Notes under the pieces: generated by a model
What the model was told of the DNA's origin: nothing
Database searches by the model: none
The model's input: the letters and a program-made list of their open reading frames with translations, nothing else
Program-made: the position numbers and the translations under genes
DNA from: Macrostomum hystrix
Taxonomy: Eukaryota > Animalia > Platyhelminthes
NCBI GenBank assembly: GCA_950097015.1
Contig: CATNEN010000014.1
Span: 930,001 to 994,000, forward strand
DNA length: 64,000 nt
Direction: 5' to 3'
Part shown: piece by piece, positions 49,600 to 60,864 of the stretch
How positions within the stretch are numbered: the stretch's first letter is position 1
Layout of the letters: every line of letters starts with the position of its first letter

Positions 49600-50385
49600 C
49601 CCTGCTTCCCTGCTCCGGAACCAACAGCTTGCCGGCTTTCCCTGCTCCGGAACCAACAGCTGGCCGGCTTTCCCTGCTCCGGAACCAACAGCTTCCCGGC
49701 TTTCCCTGCTCCGGAACCAACAGCTTCCCGGCTTTCCCTGCTCCGGAACCAACAGCTTCCCCGGCTTACCCTGCTCCGGAACCAACAGCTTCCCGGCTTT
49801 CCCTGCTCCGGAACCAACAGCTTCCCGGCTTTCCCTGCTCCGGAACCAACAGCTGGATGGCTTTCCCTGCTCCGGAACCAACAGCTTCCCGGCTTTCCCT
49901 GCTCCGGAACCAACAGCTTCCCGGCTTTCCCTGCTCCGGAACCAACAGCTTCCCGGCTTTCCCTGCTCCGGAACCAACAGCTTCCCGGCTTTCCCTGCTC
50001 CGGAACCAACAGCTTCCCCGGCTTACCCTGCTCCGGAACCAACAGCTTCCCGGCTTTCCCTGCTCCGGAACCAACAGCTTCCCCGGCTTACCCTGCTCCG
50101 GAACCAACAGCTTCCCGGCTTTCCCTGCTCCGGAACCAACAGCTGGCCGGCTTTCCCTGCTCCGGAACCAACAGCTTCCCGGCTTTCCCTGCTCCGGAAC
50201 CAACAGCTTCCCGGCTTTCCCTGCTCCGGAACCAACAGCTTCCCGGCTTTCCCTGCTCCGGAACCAACAGCTTCCCCGGCTTACCCTGCTCCGGAACCAA
50301 CAGCTTCCCGGCTTTCCCTGCTCCGGAACCAACAGCTTCCCGGCTTTCCCTGCTCCGGAACCAACAGCTTCCCGGCTTTCCCTGC
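49600..50385. repeat. 32-bp array, about 24 copies (CCGGCTTTCCCTGCTCCGGAACCAACAGCTTC)
   Basis: Period confirmed at 49921 and 49953. Confidence 0.95.
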
Positions 50386-50864
50386 CAGAAATCAACTGAT
50401 GGCTACTCAAAGACTTTGGAAAAGATGACGTGTTGGGAAAAGTCAGTTTAATTTATTATCTAGTGGGTTAGTTATTCGCTTATTTGCGTTGACAATTTTT
50501 CAACCTCGCGTTTCCCGCCGCGGCTGCCTCTTGTTAATTTTTTTACACTGCACAGGTGCAAATCACATTTGTACATAACGCCCAGCGCTACACAAAATAA
50601 CACCTGCCTGCACCTGAGAGCCTGCCCCAGTCATGACCGCTTTCAGGACCCGTCATCTCTCCTACCTCAAGCAGCTGTTGTTATATTTATATACATAACA
50701 TATATACAAATACATCTTATCTGGACTCGATTTTACCAATACAAACTGTGTTGTTTTTTACACCGAGCTGTGAGCTCGAATGTTTCTACTGCGCACCGAC
50801 ACGGCAAGCCAGGTCTGTCCCGCATCTCCGTGATGTCCGTCAGCTGCGGTTTACTGATCTCCCT

Positions 50865-51630
50865 ACCCTGGCATCCTTTCTGCTTACCAACTATCCATTC
50901 TGCCTACCCTGGCATCCATTCTGCCTACCCTGACATCCATTCTGCCTACCCTGACATCCATTCTGCCTACCCTGGCATCCATTCTGCCTACCCTGGCATC
51001 CATTCTGCCTACCCTGGCTTCCATTCTGCCTACCCTGGCATCCATTCTGCCTACCCTGACATCCATTCTGCCTACCCTGACATCCATTCTGCCTACCCTG
51101 ACATTCATTCTGCCTACCCTGGCATCCATTCTGCCTACCCTGACATCCATTCTGCCTACCCTGACATCCATTCTGCCTACCCTGACATCCATTCTGCCTA
51201 CCCTGACATCCATTCTGCCTACCCTGGCATCCATTCTGCTTACCAACCATCCATTCTGCCTACTAACCATCCATTCTGCCTACTAACCATCCATTCTGCC
51301 TACCCTGACATCCATTCTGCCTACCCTGACATCCATTCTGCCTACCCTGCCTATCAACGCATCAACACTGCCTATTCTGACATCAATCTGCCTACCCTGA
51401 CATCCATTCTGCCTACCCTGCCTATCAACGCATCAACACTGCCTATTCTGACATCAATCTGCCTACCCTGGCATCCATTCTGCCTACCCTGCCTATCAAC
51501 GCATCAACACTGCCTATTCTGACATCCATCTGCCTACCCTGCCTATCAACGCATCAACACTGCCTATTCTGACATCCATCTGCCTACCCTGCCTATCAAC
51601 GCATCAACACTGCCTATTCTGACATCCAGA
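50865..51630. repeat. 21-bp array (CATCCATTCTGCCTACCCTGA) grading into a longer composite unit
   Basis: 7-aa period IHSAYPD in ORF 50569..51522. Confidence 0.93.
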
Positions 51631-52397
51631 CATGCTGGAATCCGGTATGGACCTCGGTTGCCAAATCCGATCGGTTTTTTATAATCCTCATGTTTGAACT
51701 TTTATCTCAAGCAGATGGTTGCTTTCCTGTTAAAGCTACCCTCCTCTCACCTCGCTTGAGGCCTGTTTTTGCAGTCTGCTTCTTGTCTAACCCACCCACC
51801 TGCAGAATTGCAGCTTTACCTGCGTCTCCCTTCGGTTATTTTGGTGTACAAACCGGTCCCAGCTGCCCTATTTACTGCTGCTGTGAACTGCAACAAAACC
51901 TCCGCTATCTGTCTCCCCTTTGGCTTAGCCATAGCCAACTTTATACATTTATTCTATGATAAATAGACTTGCAATTTATCGATGCCCGGCACCCCAGTCA
52001 GTGGCTGCCGTGGCCTGAGTGACTCGCCAGACATGCATAGACCGACTCCTCCGTCCGCTTCATTCTGAACTGACTGCCCCAAGGGAGCCGGCTCACCCCG
52101 CTGCTCATCCGTCAGCTCATGCGCCCAAAATTCTGAATTTCAAATTCTAAAGTCAGCCATGGATTTTTATTGCTCACTTCGAGTGCGGACTTTCGATTGC
52201 ACACAGCTCTGGCTAATCTATTGATTCTGATTCTGACTATTCGGTTCTGAAGACTGCTGTCGAGACTAAATCCTTTTTAACACCCTTTCCACAACTGGCC
52301 CGATACTGACGTGGTGCACGCCCCGTCTGCCGCATTGTACCCGATGGAAACAGTGCTGTTCTGCACTCGTGGCAATGGTCGCTTCAAGTGCCCCGTT

Positions 52398-52580
52398 TAC
52401 GACTCAAACACTTCTCTAGCGACTCAAACGCTTCTCTAGCGACTCAAACACTTCTCTAGCGACTCAACCACTTCTCTAGCGACTCAAACACTTCTCTAGC
52501 GACTCAAACACTTCTCTAGCGACTCAAACGCTTCTCTAGCGACTCAAACGCTTCTCTAGCGACTCAAACGCTTCTCTAAC
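52398..52580. repeat. 20-bp array, about 9 copies (GCGACTCAAACACTTCTCTA), related to the 19968-20440 array
   Basis: Same period and the same GACTCAAAC...CTCTA core. Confidence 0.9.
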
Positions 52581-53144
52581 GGCTAAACTGTACGAGCTCC
52601 CACGATGATAATGAAGCCCCGGCTGCCACGGAATTTTTTATCTAACCTTCATGCAGATTGTGCTCACATGCAGATTGTGCTCACATGCAGATTGTGCTCA
52701 CACGGTTCATTTGTCCGCTGCGCTTTGTAAAAGCTTCGCATGTTAAAATCATCGTGAGTCTTTGTTCAATGACTGACAGCAGAGTAGCAGAAAGCAGAGT
52801 AAAAACGCAAAAGTACTTTAGATTAGGTGCTTAGATAAGGCTTTATAAAAACTAAGTAATTATTTATTCATAGTAATTTGCGTTGAAGACAAATCGCGCG
52901 ATAGATTGTCTGGGGCTTGTCAAAATGTCAAACAGGCAGGAGGAAGTTGCGCACGGGGCGTGGACAGCGAAGGGCTTACATCTACATTAAATCAAAGCTT
53001 CAATTGAAGCAAATCGAACAATATGGCCACTCTACAGGGCTACAATGGAAACTCTTGATAGCACACACAATGGGAGCGATGCAGTCTAAGTCTAGCTAAA
53101 AGAAATTAATCAGTTAACAAAAAGTTCTGTTCCCTGCGCTGTGG

Positions 53145-55076
53145 TCAGTCGCGGCCCCAGGGCAGCCCCGGCACCAGCAGGGGGGTCCGCCTGACGTACT
53201 CGCGGTAAGCCGGGTCGGAGCCCCAGCGCCTCTCGGCCGACTTCTCCAGCAGAGGCACGCCGGACACGAACAGCACCAGGCCGGCGTTGAGCAGCGGCCC
53301 GGCCAGGCTGGCCCAGTGCAGCGGCTGGCTGAAGCTGGCCGAGGCCGAGGCGGCCAGGCCCGCCCACAGGCACAGCTCGCCAAAGTAGTTCGGGTGCCGG
53401 CTTAGCGACCACACGCCGCTGGAGATGAAGCGGCCGGAGTTGTCCGGATCGGAGCGGAAGGCCAGCTTCTGCCAGTCCGCCACTGTCTCGATGGCCAGGC
53501 CCAGGCAGAACAGGCCCCAGCCCAGAGGCTCCCTCAGCGACATCGGGCGGCGGGCGACGGCTGCGGATGACAGGCAGGCCAGGGCGGTGAGGGTCGGCGC
53601 CAGGTTGCCAAGAGCCCAAGCGCCCTGCATGGTCCAGGCCGCCAGGAATGCGCTCGGGCTCGTCTGCGGATGGGATCGGGGTCAGCCGATGTGAAAATTC
53701 TCATGTCTGAGAGGGGATAATACTCGTGTCTGAAAGGATTGACCGACGGACCACCCTGAGCGGCACCGCCTCGCTGGAGGCTGTCTGGCTGCCAGGGGTT
53801 AGCGATATGGGCGGCATCAGCCGCCTCCTCGCTGCGTCCGTCATGGAGGCTCCCTGCCGCTAAGTCAAAAGTAAGTCAAAGTCTGAAAGGATAATTCTTA
53901 TGTCTGAGAGGGGATAATTCTCATGTCTGAGAGGGGATAATTCTTATGTCTGAGAGGGGATAATTCTCATGTCTGAGAGGGGACAATTGTCATGTCTGAG
54001 AGGGGATAATTCTTATGTCTGATAGGGGATAATTCTTATGTCTGAGAGGGGATAATTCTAATGTCTGAGAGGGGATAATTCTTATGTCTGAGAGGGGATA
54101 ATTCTTATGTCTGAGAGGGGACAATTGTCATGTCTGAGAGGGGATAATTCTTATGTCTGAGAGGGGATAATTCTAATGTCTGAGAGGGGATAATTCTTAT
54201 GTCTGAGAGGGGATAATTCTTATGTCTGAGAGGGGATAATTCTTATGTCTGAGAGGGGATAATTCTTATCTCTGAGAGGGGATAATTCTAATGTCTGAGA
54301 GGGGATAATTCTTATGTCTGAGAGGGGATAATTCTCATGTCTGAGAGGGGATAATTCTCATGTCTGAGAGGGGATAATTCTTATCTCTGAGAGGGGACAA
54401 TTGTCATGTCTGAGAGGGGATAATTCTAATGTCTGAGAGGGGATAATTCTTATGTCTGAGAGGGGACAATTGTCATGTCTGAGAGGGGATAATTCTAATG
54501 TCTGAGAGGGGATAATTCTTATGTCTGAGAGGGGATAATTCTTATGTCTGAGAGGGGATAATTCTTATGTCTGAGAGGGGATAATTCTCATGTCTGAGGG
54601 GATAATATTCGTGTCTGAGAGGGGAAAATTGTCATGTTTGAGAGGGAATAATTCATTTTTGAGAGGGGATAATAATTGTGACTGATGGGACATTTTCATA
54701 TCGGACAGGGGGTATTTGAATGCATGAGAGAGGATAATAAATAGAGTTGAGGTCGAATATGACAAATTTAGTTACTTCAGGATGATTCCGGGCTAACCTT
54801 GATCTTGTTGAAGCGGCGGTCACCGGAGAGCAGGCCCCGGTAGCCCAGGTAGCAGCCGAGCCGCACGGCCCAGATGGCAGCCAGGTACACGGGCACCCAG
54901 CCGCGCATTCCTGTGGGCGGGAACAGCCGCTTCGAGGCGTAGCCAAGCAGGGCCAGGTGGGTGACGGAGCCGGCCAGATCGTAGAATTTCTCAGTGCCCA
55001 GCATGTAGGCCACGGGGAAGCAGGCCCACTGGATGCCCAGGCTCAGGCCCGCAAGCTTGAACACTGCGTTGCCCAT
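53145..55076 (-). CDS. DUF1295 / steroid 5-alpha-reductase-like membrane protein
   Basis: Exons 55076-54798 and 53663-53145 (phase 0). Motifs TEKFYDLAGS, WAVRLG..DRRFNKIK, ETVADWQKLAF, FISSGVWSLSRHPNYFGE, VSGVPLLEK, YREYVRRTPLLVP. Confidence 0.9.
53700..54660. repeat. 23-bp intronic array, about 35 copies (GTCTGAGAGGGGATAATTCTTAT)
   Basis: Period confirmed at 54181 and 54204; fills most of the DUF1295 intron. Confidence 0.95.
53740..53880 (+). mobile_element. 5'-truncated non-LTR retroelement 3' end (141 bp) with a 12-bp target-site duplication
   Basis: GC-rich insert flanked by GTCTGAAAGGAT at 53728-53739 and 53881-53892; an open frame ends at TAA followed by a short AAGTC-type repeat tail. 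Confidence 0.6.
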
Positions 55077-55204
55077 GGCGACTATGTGGGTGAGCTGAAG
55101 TCACGTATTAATGAGCTTGTTTCAGTCATGCTTAATAAGCACCCAGCTGTTTCCTTAGTCATAACTATTTTTTCACTCTCTTGATACTAGTTGTATCCCT
55201 GTAC

Positions 55205-55815
55205 TTTGCACACCCACTTGTCACTCTGATCTTCACTCCAGCTGTCACTCTGATCTTTACTCCAGTTGTCACTCTGATCTTCACTCCAGCTGTCACTCTG
55301 ATCTTCACTCCAGCTGTCACTCTGATCTTCACTCCAGCTGTCACTATGATATTCACTCCAGCTGTCACTCTGATCTTCACTCCAGTTGTCACTCTGATCT
55401 TCACTCCAGTTGTCACTCTGATCTTCACTCCAGCTGTCACTCTGATCTTCACTCCAGCTGTCACTCTGATCTTCACCCTAGCTGTCACTATGATATTCAC
55501 TCCAGCTGTCACTCTGATCTTCACTCTAGCTGTCACTCTGATCTTCACTCCAGCTGTCACTCTGATCTTCACTCCAGCTGTCACTATGATATTCACTCCA
55601 GCTGTCACTATGATCTTCACTCCGGTTGTCACTCTGATCTTCACTCCAGCTGTCACTCTGATCTTCACTCCAGCTGTCACTATGATATTCACTCTAGCTG
55701 TCACTCTGATCTTCACTCCAGCTGTCACTCTGATCTTCACTCCAGCTGTCACTCTGATCTTCACTCCAGTTGTCACTCTGATCTTCACTCCAGCTGTCAC
55801 TCTGATCTTCACTCT
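55205..55815. repeat. 24-bp intergenic array, about 25 copies (GTCACTCTGATCTTCACTCCAGCT)
   Basis: 8-aa period TLIFTPAV in ORF 55181..55867. Confidence 0.95.
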
Positions 55816-56401
55816 AGTTTTCTCTCTGATTTTGTCACTCAAGTTTCGCGCATTTTCACCTCCCTAATGTTCCTGCTGAAATGCAAGTATAGGCAGAGAA
55901 GAACACAGATTGAGAGCAAAAGAGCAGACAGAAAATGAGTTCAGATTTTTATTTCCCATGGTTGCTACAGCGAGTGACATTGCCGTAGGGCAGCATTGAT
56001 TCACACAAGGGCAAAGTAGTAACTGACAGCATCGCAGACATGAAAGTGTGAGATCGCGAATGAAAATGTTAATTCCGACACAGCTCCAGATGTTGGTCTG
56101 AGAGTTCAATGTGAAAATGCAATGCCGCTACATCTAAGAGTGCAAAAATTAACACAGGAAAGTTTTTAACAGTCTTTGTACAACAATTGCTGCTTCTATT
56201 ATAACTGGCGCTGATGAGATCGAGTAAGCATCTAAGAAAATAACATTTTTAAGTAAAAACGCAGAATGCTACTCGCAGTAGGCTTGACGCAAATTTTTCA
56301 GAAACAAAAAAACCTTGTTAGTAAAACTTTAAGAATCGAATACGGAATTAATTACACAATCACGATATTGATCTGCAACAGGAGCGTATTGGAATTCAGT
56401 T

Positions 56402-58273
56402 TTAGCTGGAGGTGAAGCGATTGGCCAGGAAGTTGCGCCCCATTGAGTAGGGCATGCAGCCCACCTGCTTGGCATACTTGCCCCACGAACCGAAGGGCAG
56501 GATCACGGCCGTGCTGTTGTCCTCGCTGCCGAACTGCATCGCCTGGTCAACGATGATCTCTGCGGCCTCCTGCGGTGTGGCGCAGGTTGACGCAATGTCC
56601 ACCATCTCTTTGACGTTCATCACGAAGGCGACCCCGTCTGTCACCAGCAGCAGGAAGGCGTCGCGACCGTGCCGGACCTCCAGGGTGCGCAGGTGGGGCC
56701 GGGCCGTCACGCCGAACGGCTTCATCTCGCAGTCCCCGATGGACCTGGTTGGGGAAATCAGTAGAAGCGGATTAGGACAGGAGGCGGATAAGGACAGGGG
56801 GCGATAATCCGCTGGGGGCGGATAAGGACAGGTGGCCGATAATTCGCTGGGGGCGGATAAGGACCGGGGGCCGATAATCCGCTGGGGGCGGATAAGGACA
56901 GGTGGCCGATAATCCGCTGGAGGCGGATAAGGACAGGTGGCCGATAATCCGCTGGGGGCGGATAAGGACAGGTGGCCGATAATCCACTGGGGGCGGAAAA
57001 GGACAGGTGGCCGATAATCCGCTGGAGGGAGCGGGTTAGAAATAGGGGATCAGGTGGGGCGGATAAGGAGGAGCGGGTCAGGAAGGACGGAACAGGAGTG
57101 GGTCAGAAGGGGCGGAACAGGAGGGGCAGAATAGGAAGGGCGGGTCAGGAGGGGCGGAACAGGAGGGGCAGAACAGGAGGGGCGGGTCAGGAGGGGCGGG
57201 TCAGGAGGGGCGGGTCAGGAGGGGCGGGTCAGGAGGGGCGGAACAGGAGGGGCGGGTCAGGAGGGGCGGGTCACGAGAGGCGGGATCGGCAGATGGTAAA
57301 TACCTGGTCATGCTGAGCCTGCCGTTAACCACCGGGTTGCCCAGACTGTTAGAGGTGACCACGCCGCCCCGAGCGTGAATTCTTTCCTGTTCCTCCTCCA
57401 GCGCCGGGTCGTGGTCCATCGACAGCAGCTCGGGCCGGCCGGAGCGGCAGAGCACGGCTTTAGAATCGCCGACATTGGCCACAGCCAGCTCGGTTGAGTT
57501 GCGCAGCAGGCAGACGGTGGCCGTTGAGCCGCTGGCGAATCGTCCTGCCTGACCGCTGCTGCGCCGCTGCAGGCTGCGCTGGAACAGATTGTTGGCCTCC
57601 ACGAATGAGCGGCGCAGAGCCACATCCAGGCGGGGCTGCTGGCGGCACCAGAAGTGGGCCAGGTCCGGCAGGCGCTCCACGAGGAAGTCGGCGGCGGCCG
57701 AGTCGCCGTGCCCGTCGAATACGCCGATGAACAGCAGGTTGTCCTGGCAAACCGCGAGAAACAAAACGTTTACGGGATATAAGACTAAAATATGGGCATT
57801 ATGGACTATTTTAGAGACTACGAAGTCTTATGTTGCACCTGCAGGTCTTTGTAGACCAGGCGGTCCTCCTGGTACTGCCGTCGGCCCTGGGCGGTGCAGC
57901 TGCCCACGTACTGGCAGGTAATGCGCGGCACCAGCTTGCCCTGGCGCATGCTCTGCTGCTCCAGGATGGGATAATTAATGCGCGTCTTCCAGCTGCCCAG
58001 CCCCATCAGCGAGTTGGTGAGCAGGCGGCTGGAGCGGACAACGTCGGGAGACGGAGTGGCACCAACGGCTGCGGCGGCGGCGGCGGAAGCGGCCGCTGCT
58101 GCCGCCGCTGGCGACTGGCGGCGAGGGCGGGGCTCCGGGGTCGGGGAGGCTGCGGCAGGAGCGGCGGAGGAAGAGGAGGAGGAAGACGACGAGCTGGCGA
58201 GCCGACGCCGCAGAAGCAGCCAAATCGGCTGGTAGGCCAACGCCACCAGCTGCCTTTGCTGCCGCGGCTGCTG
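56402..58273 (-). CDS. PPM1K: Mitochondrial PP2C phosphatase, PPM1K (PP2Cm) orthologue; no genomic ATG at the expected N-terminus
   Basis: Exons 58273-57839, 57743-57304, 56744-56402. LGSWKTRINYPIL..GKLVPRI..VGSCTAQGRRQYQEDR, VFDGHG, SGSTATVCLLR..VANVGDSKAVLCR, NSLGNPVVNGRLSMTR|SIGD, LVTDG, FGSEDNSTAVILPFGSWGKY are collinear with PPM1K. Confidence 0.92.
56780..57280. repeat. G-rich intronic arrays: 35-bp unit (about 6 copies) and 14-bp unit GGGTCAGGAGGGGC (about 12 degenerate copies)
   Basis: Periods confirmed at 56821/56856 and 57185/57199. Confidence 0.9.
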
Positions 58274-58321
58274 CTGCAAACAGAAAGCGATATTGCACTT
58301 TGCAGCAGAGCAAGCCAGAGC

Positions 58322-59170
58322 AGACTGGGACAGCTGAAGCACCTGAGGAGGTTGGGACAGCTGAAGCACCTGAGGAGGTTGGGACAGCTGAAGCACCTGA
58401 GGAGGTTGGGACAGCTGAGGCACCTGAGGAGGTTGGGACAGCTGAAGCACCTGAGGAGGTTGGGACAGCTGAGGCACCTGAGGAGGTTGGGACAGCTGAG
58501 GCACCTGAGGAGGTTGGGACAGCTGAGGCACCTGAGGAGGTTGGGACAGCTGAAGCACCTGAGGAGGTTGGGAAAGCTGAAGCACCTGAGGAGGTTGGGA
58601 CAGCTGAAGCACCTGAGGAGGTTGGGACAGCTGAGGCACCTGAGGAGGTTGGGACAGCTGAAGCACCTGAGGAGGGTTGGGACAGCTGAGGCACCTGAAG
58701 AGGTTGGGACAGCTGAGGCACCTGAGGAGGTTGGGACAGCTGAGGCACCTGAGGAGGTTGGGACAGCTGAAGCACCTGAGGTTTGGGACAGCTATGGCAC
58801 CTGAGGAGGTTGGGACAGCTGAAGCACCTGAGGAGGTTGGGACAGCTGAAGCACCTGAGGAGGTTGGGACAGCTGAAGCACCTGAAGAGGTTGGGACAGC
58901 TGAAGCACCTGAGGAGGTTGGGACAGCTGAGGCACCTGAGGAGGTTTGGGACAGCTGAAGCAACTGAGGAGGTTGGGACAGCTAAGGCACCTGAGGAGGT
59001 TGGGACAGCTGAAGCAACTGAGGAGGGTTGGGACAGCTGAGGCACCTGAAGAGGTTGGGACAGCTGAGGCACCTGAGGAGGTTGGGACAGCTGAAGCACC
59101 TGAGGAGGTTGGGACAGTTAAGGCACCTGAGTAGGTTAAGAATTACTGAAGGAGGGGCTGGGACAGCTGA
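58322..59170. repeat. 27-bp intergenic array, about 31 copies (GGGACAGCTGAAGCACCTGAGGAGGTT)
   Basis: 9-aa period GTAEAPEEV in ORF 58300..58689; occasional single-base indels. Confidence 0.95.
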
Positions 59171-59424
59171 AGCAGCTGATGATTGCCTTAAAACAGTTTC
59201 AAAAAAGTTTCGAACCGAAAAGCTAAGATGAACACTAGCAATTCCAATTCGTAAGTAATCAAAATTAGCTCCGTTAAAGATTTGATGAACCAGAAAGAAT
59301 ATAAATAACAATAAACTTATTAAAATCATTAGATTGCAGACAAAAATGCGTATATTTCGAATCAACCTACTCATAGTAGGCCTAATTGAATTTTAAACAG
59401 CGAAAACTGCCTGTCAGAAGGAAT

Positions 59425-60774
59425 CTATGACGGCGAGTAGTCAGGCGGCCGGCACTCGATGTCGAATACGAGGTGCGCCACCCGGGGCGCGTACCACTTC
59501 ACAAACTGGATGCGGTCGGCGCGCACCCGCCAGCCGGAAGGCAAGTGGCGCCGAAGCTCGCGCCGTATGGAGGCGGCCATGTCCAGCCAGGCCGGGAGTG
59601 TCCGAGACCGGCTGCAGGCGGGCGGCGGTTCCTCCGCCTCCTGTTCGGCATCTGCGGGACATTCAACTGGCGACTCGTTGTCGGCCCCGATGTTAGCGCC
59701 AGGCGGCGACTCCTCGACGGCCGCCTCTGCCGGCGGAGCGTGCGGGCTATTCAGGAAGGCATTCAGGTGCGCGGCAGCGGCTTCTCTGTTCTCGAATGTT
59801 GCACTGGTGTCTTTGTCGCCAAGAACAGGGCAATCCTTGTTGGCGTCTTTGTTGCTCTTATCGCCTGGCGAGTCGCAATTCTCGTGCACGTGCAGCCAGC
59901 CTCCACGGGGCCCAAGGCAGCGGCAGGCAGTGGACCAGGACAGGCGGGAGCTGGGCACCAGGCCAAGCAGCACCCTGTCCGCCAGGCCCACCGGTGCCAC
60001 CAGGCGGTTGTCACCCGAGACGACGCGGCAGCGCGACTGGTCGATGCGATTCTTGGCCACGTTGCGTCGCAGCCAGTGCAGCGCTGTTGGATTCCAGTCC
60101 ACGGCGATGACCAGGGGAATCTGGGTGCGGGCCAGCAGCGGCAGGGTGAAGTAGCCAATGCCTGCGGAGCCGGTGTGTCAAACAGAATGAGTTTTGTTCC
60201 TGTGTGCTTAAAACTGAGGCATCCTCGGGGCTCACAACTGACCGGCGAACAGGTCCACAATGCAGCTCTCCCGTCCGCTCCTGACGGCCTCGGCAACAGG
60301 CGCCACCAGGCGATGCCGCTCGGCCGCGTTGCCCCGGCTGAACATGCAGTCGCTGACGTCCCAGGACAGGGAGACGCCGTGCTCAACACAGGTGGCCACG
60401 GTGGCCTCCGCCGGATCGTCAAAGCTGCCGGCTTCAGCGTACAGCAGGTGGCTGCGCGAGCTGCGAATGCCATCCCTGGCGACGCGGCGAACGATGGCGA
60501 GCCGGCGAACTCGCAGGAGGCGACAGACCGCTGGCCAGAGGCGGCCAGACGCGGCCAGCTGGGCGAAGCTGGAGTGGTCCAGGCTGCCCTCCGGGAACAG
60601 CGCCAGGTCGCCGTAGCGGCTGTAGCTGCGGGGCAGGTGGGGCAGCCAGGCTGTCTGGGCTGAATCGCCGCCGCAGTCGGCATCGACTGCCAGGAGGCTC
60701 AGCTGAAGCTGCTCACGCCACGACTGCAACAGGCAGTTGTTCGGAGATGTAACACAGCGTATAGCGCAGTGCAT
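59425..60774 (-). CDS. TRMT12: tRNA wybutosine-synthesizing protein 2 (TYW2/TRMT12); 5' end uncertain
   Basis: Exons 60774 (or acceptor at 60723)-60243 and 60161-59425. LPRSYSRYGDL, WDVSDCMFSRGNAAER, VDLFAG|IGYFTLP, DWNPTAL, GDNR..ADRVLLGLVPSS, GGWLHVHEN, VKWYAPRVAHLVFDIECRP. Confidence 0.9.
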
Positions 60775-60864
60775 TTTAAATCTCAACTCAACTCTAGCTA
60801 TTTATGCCTTCCAATGCAGGAGGCAAATGGTAGATAAATACAATTTACACCAGATGGCCCAGAT

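Noticed and set aside
58982-59374. Hydrophobic ORF as a first exon of PPM1K or a membrane microprotein
   Set aside because: AT-rich sequence directly behind the TRMT12 stop that runs into the satellite. I found no convincing in-phase donor outside the satellite, and it does not resemble the PPM1K N-terminus.
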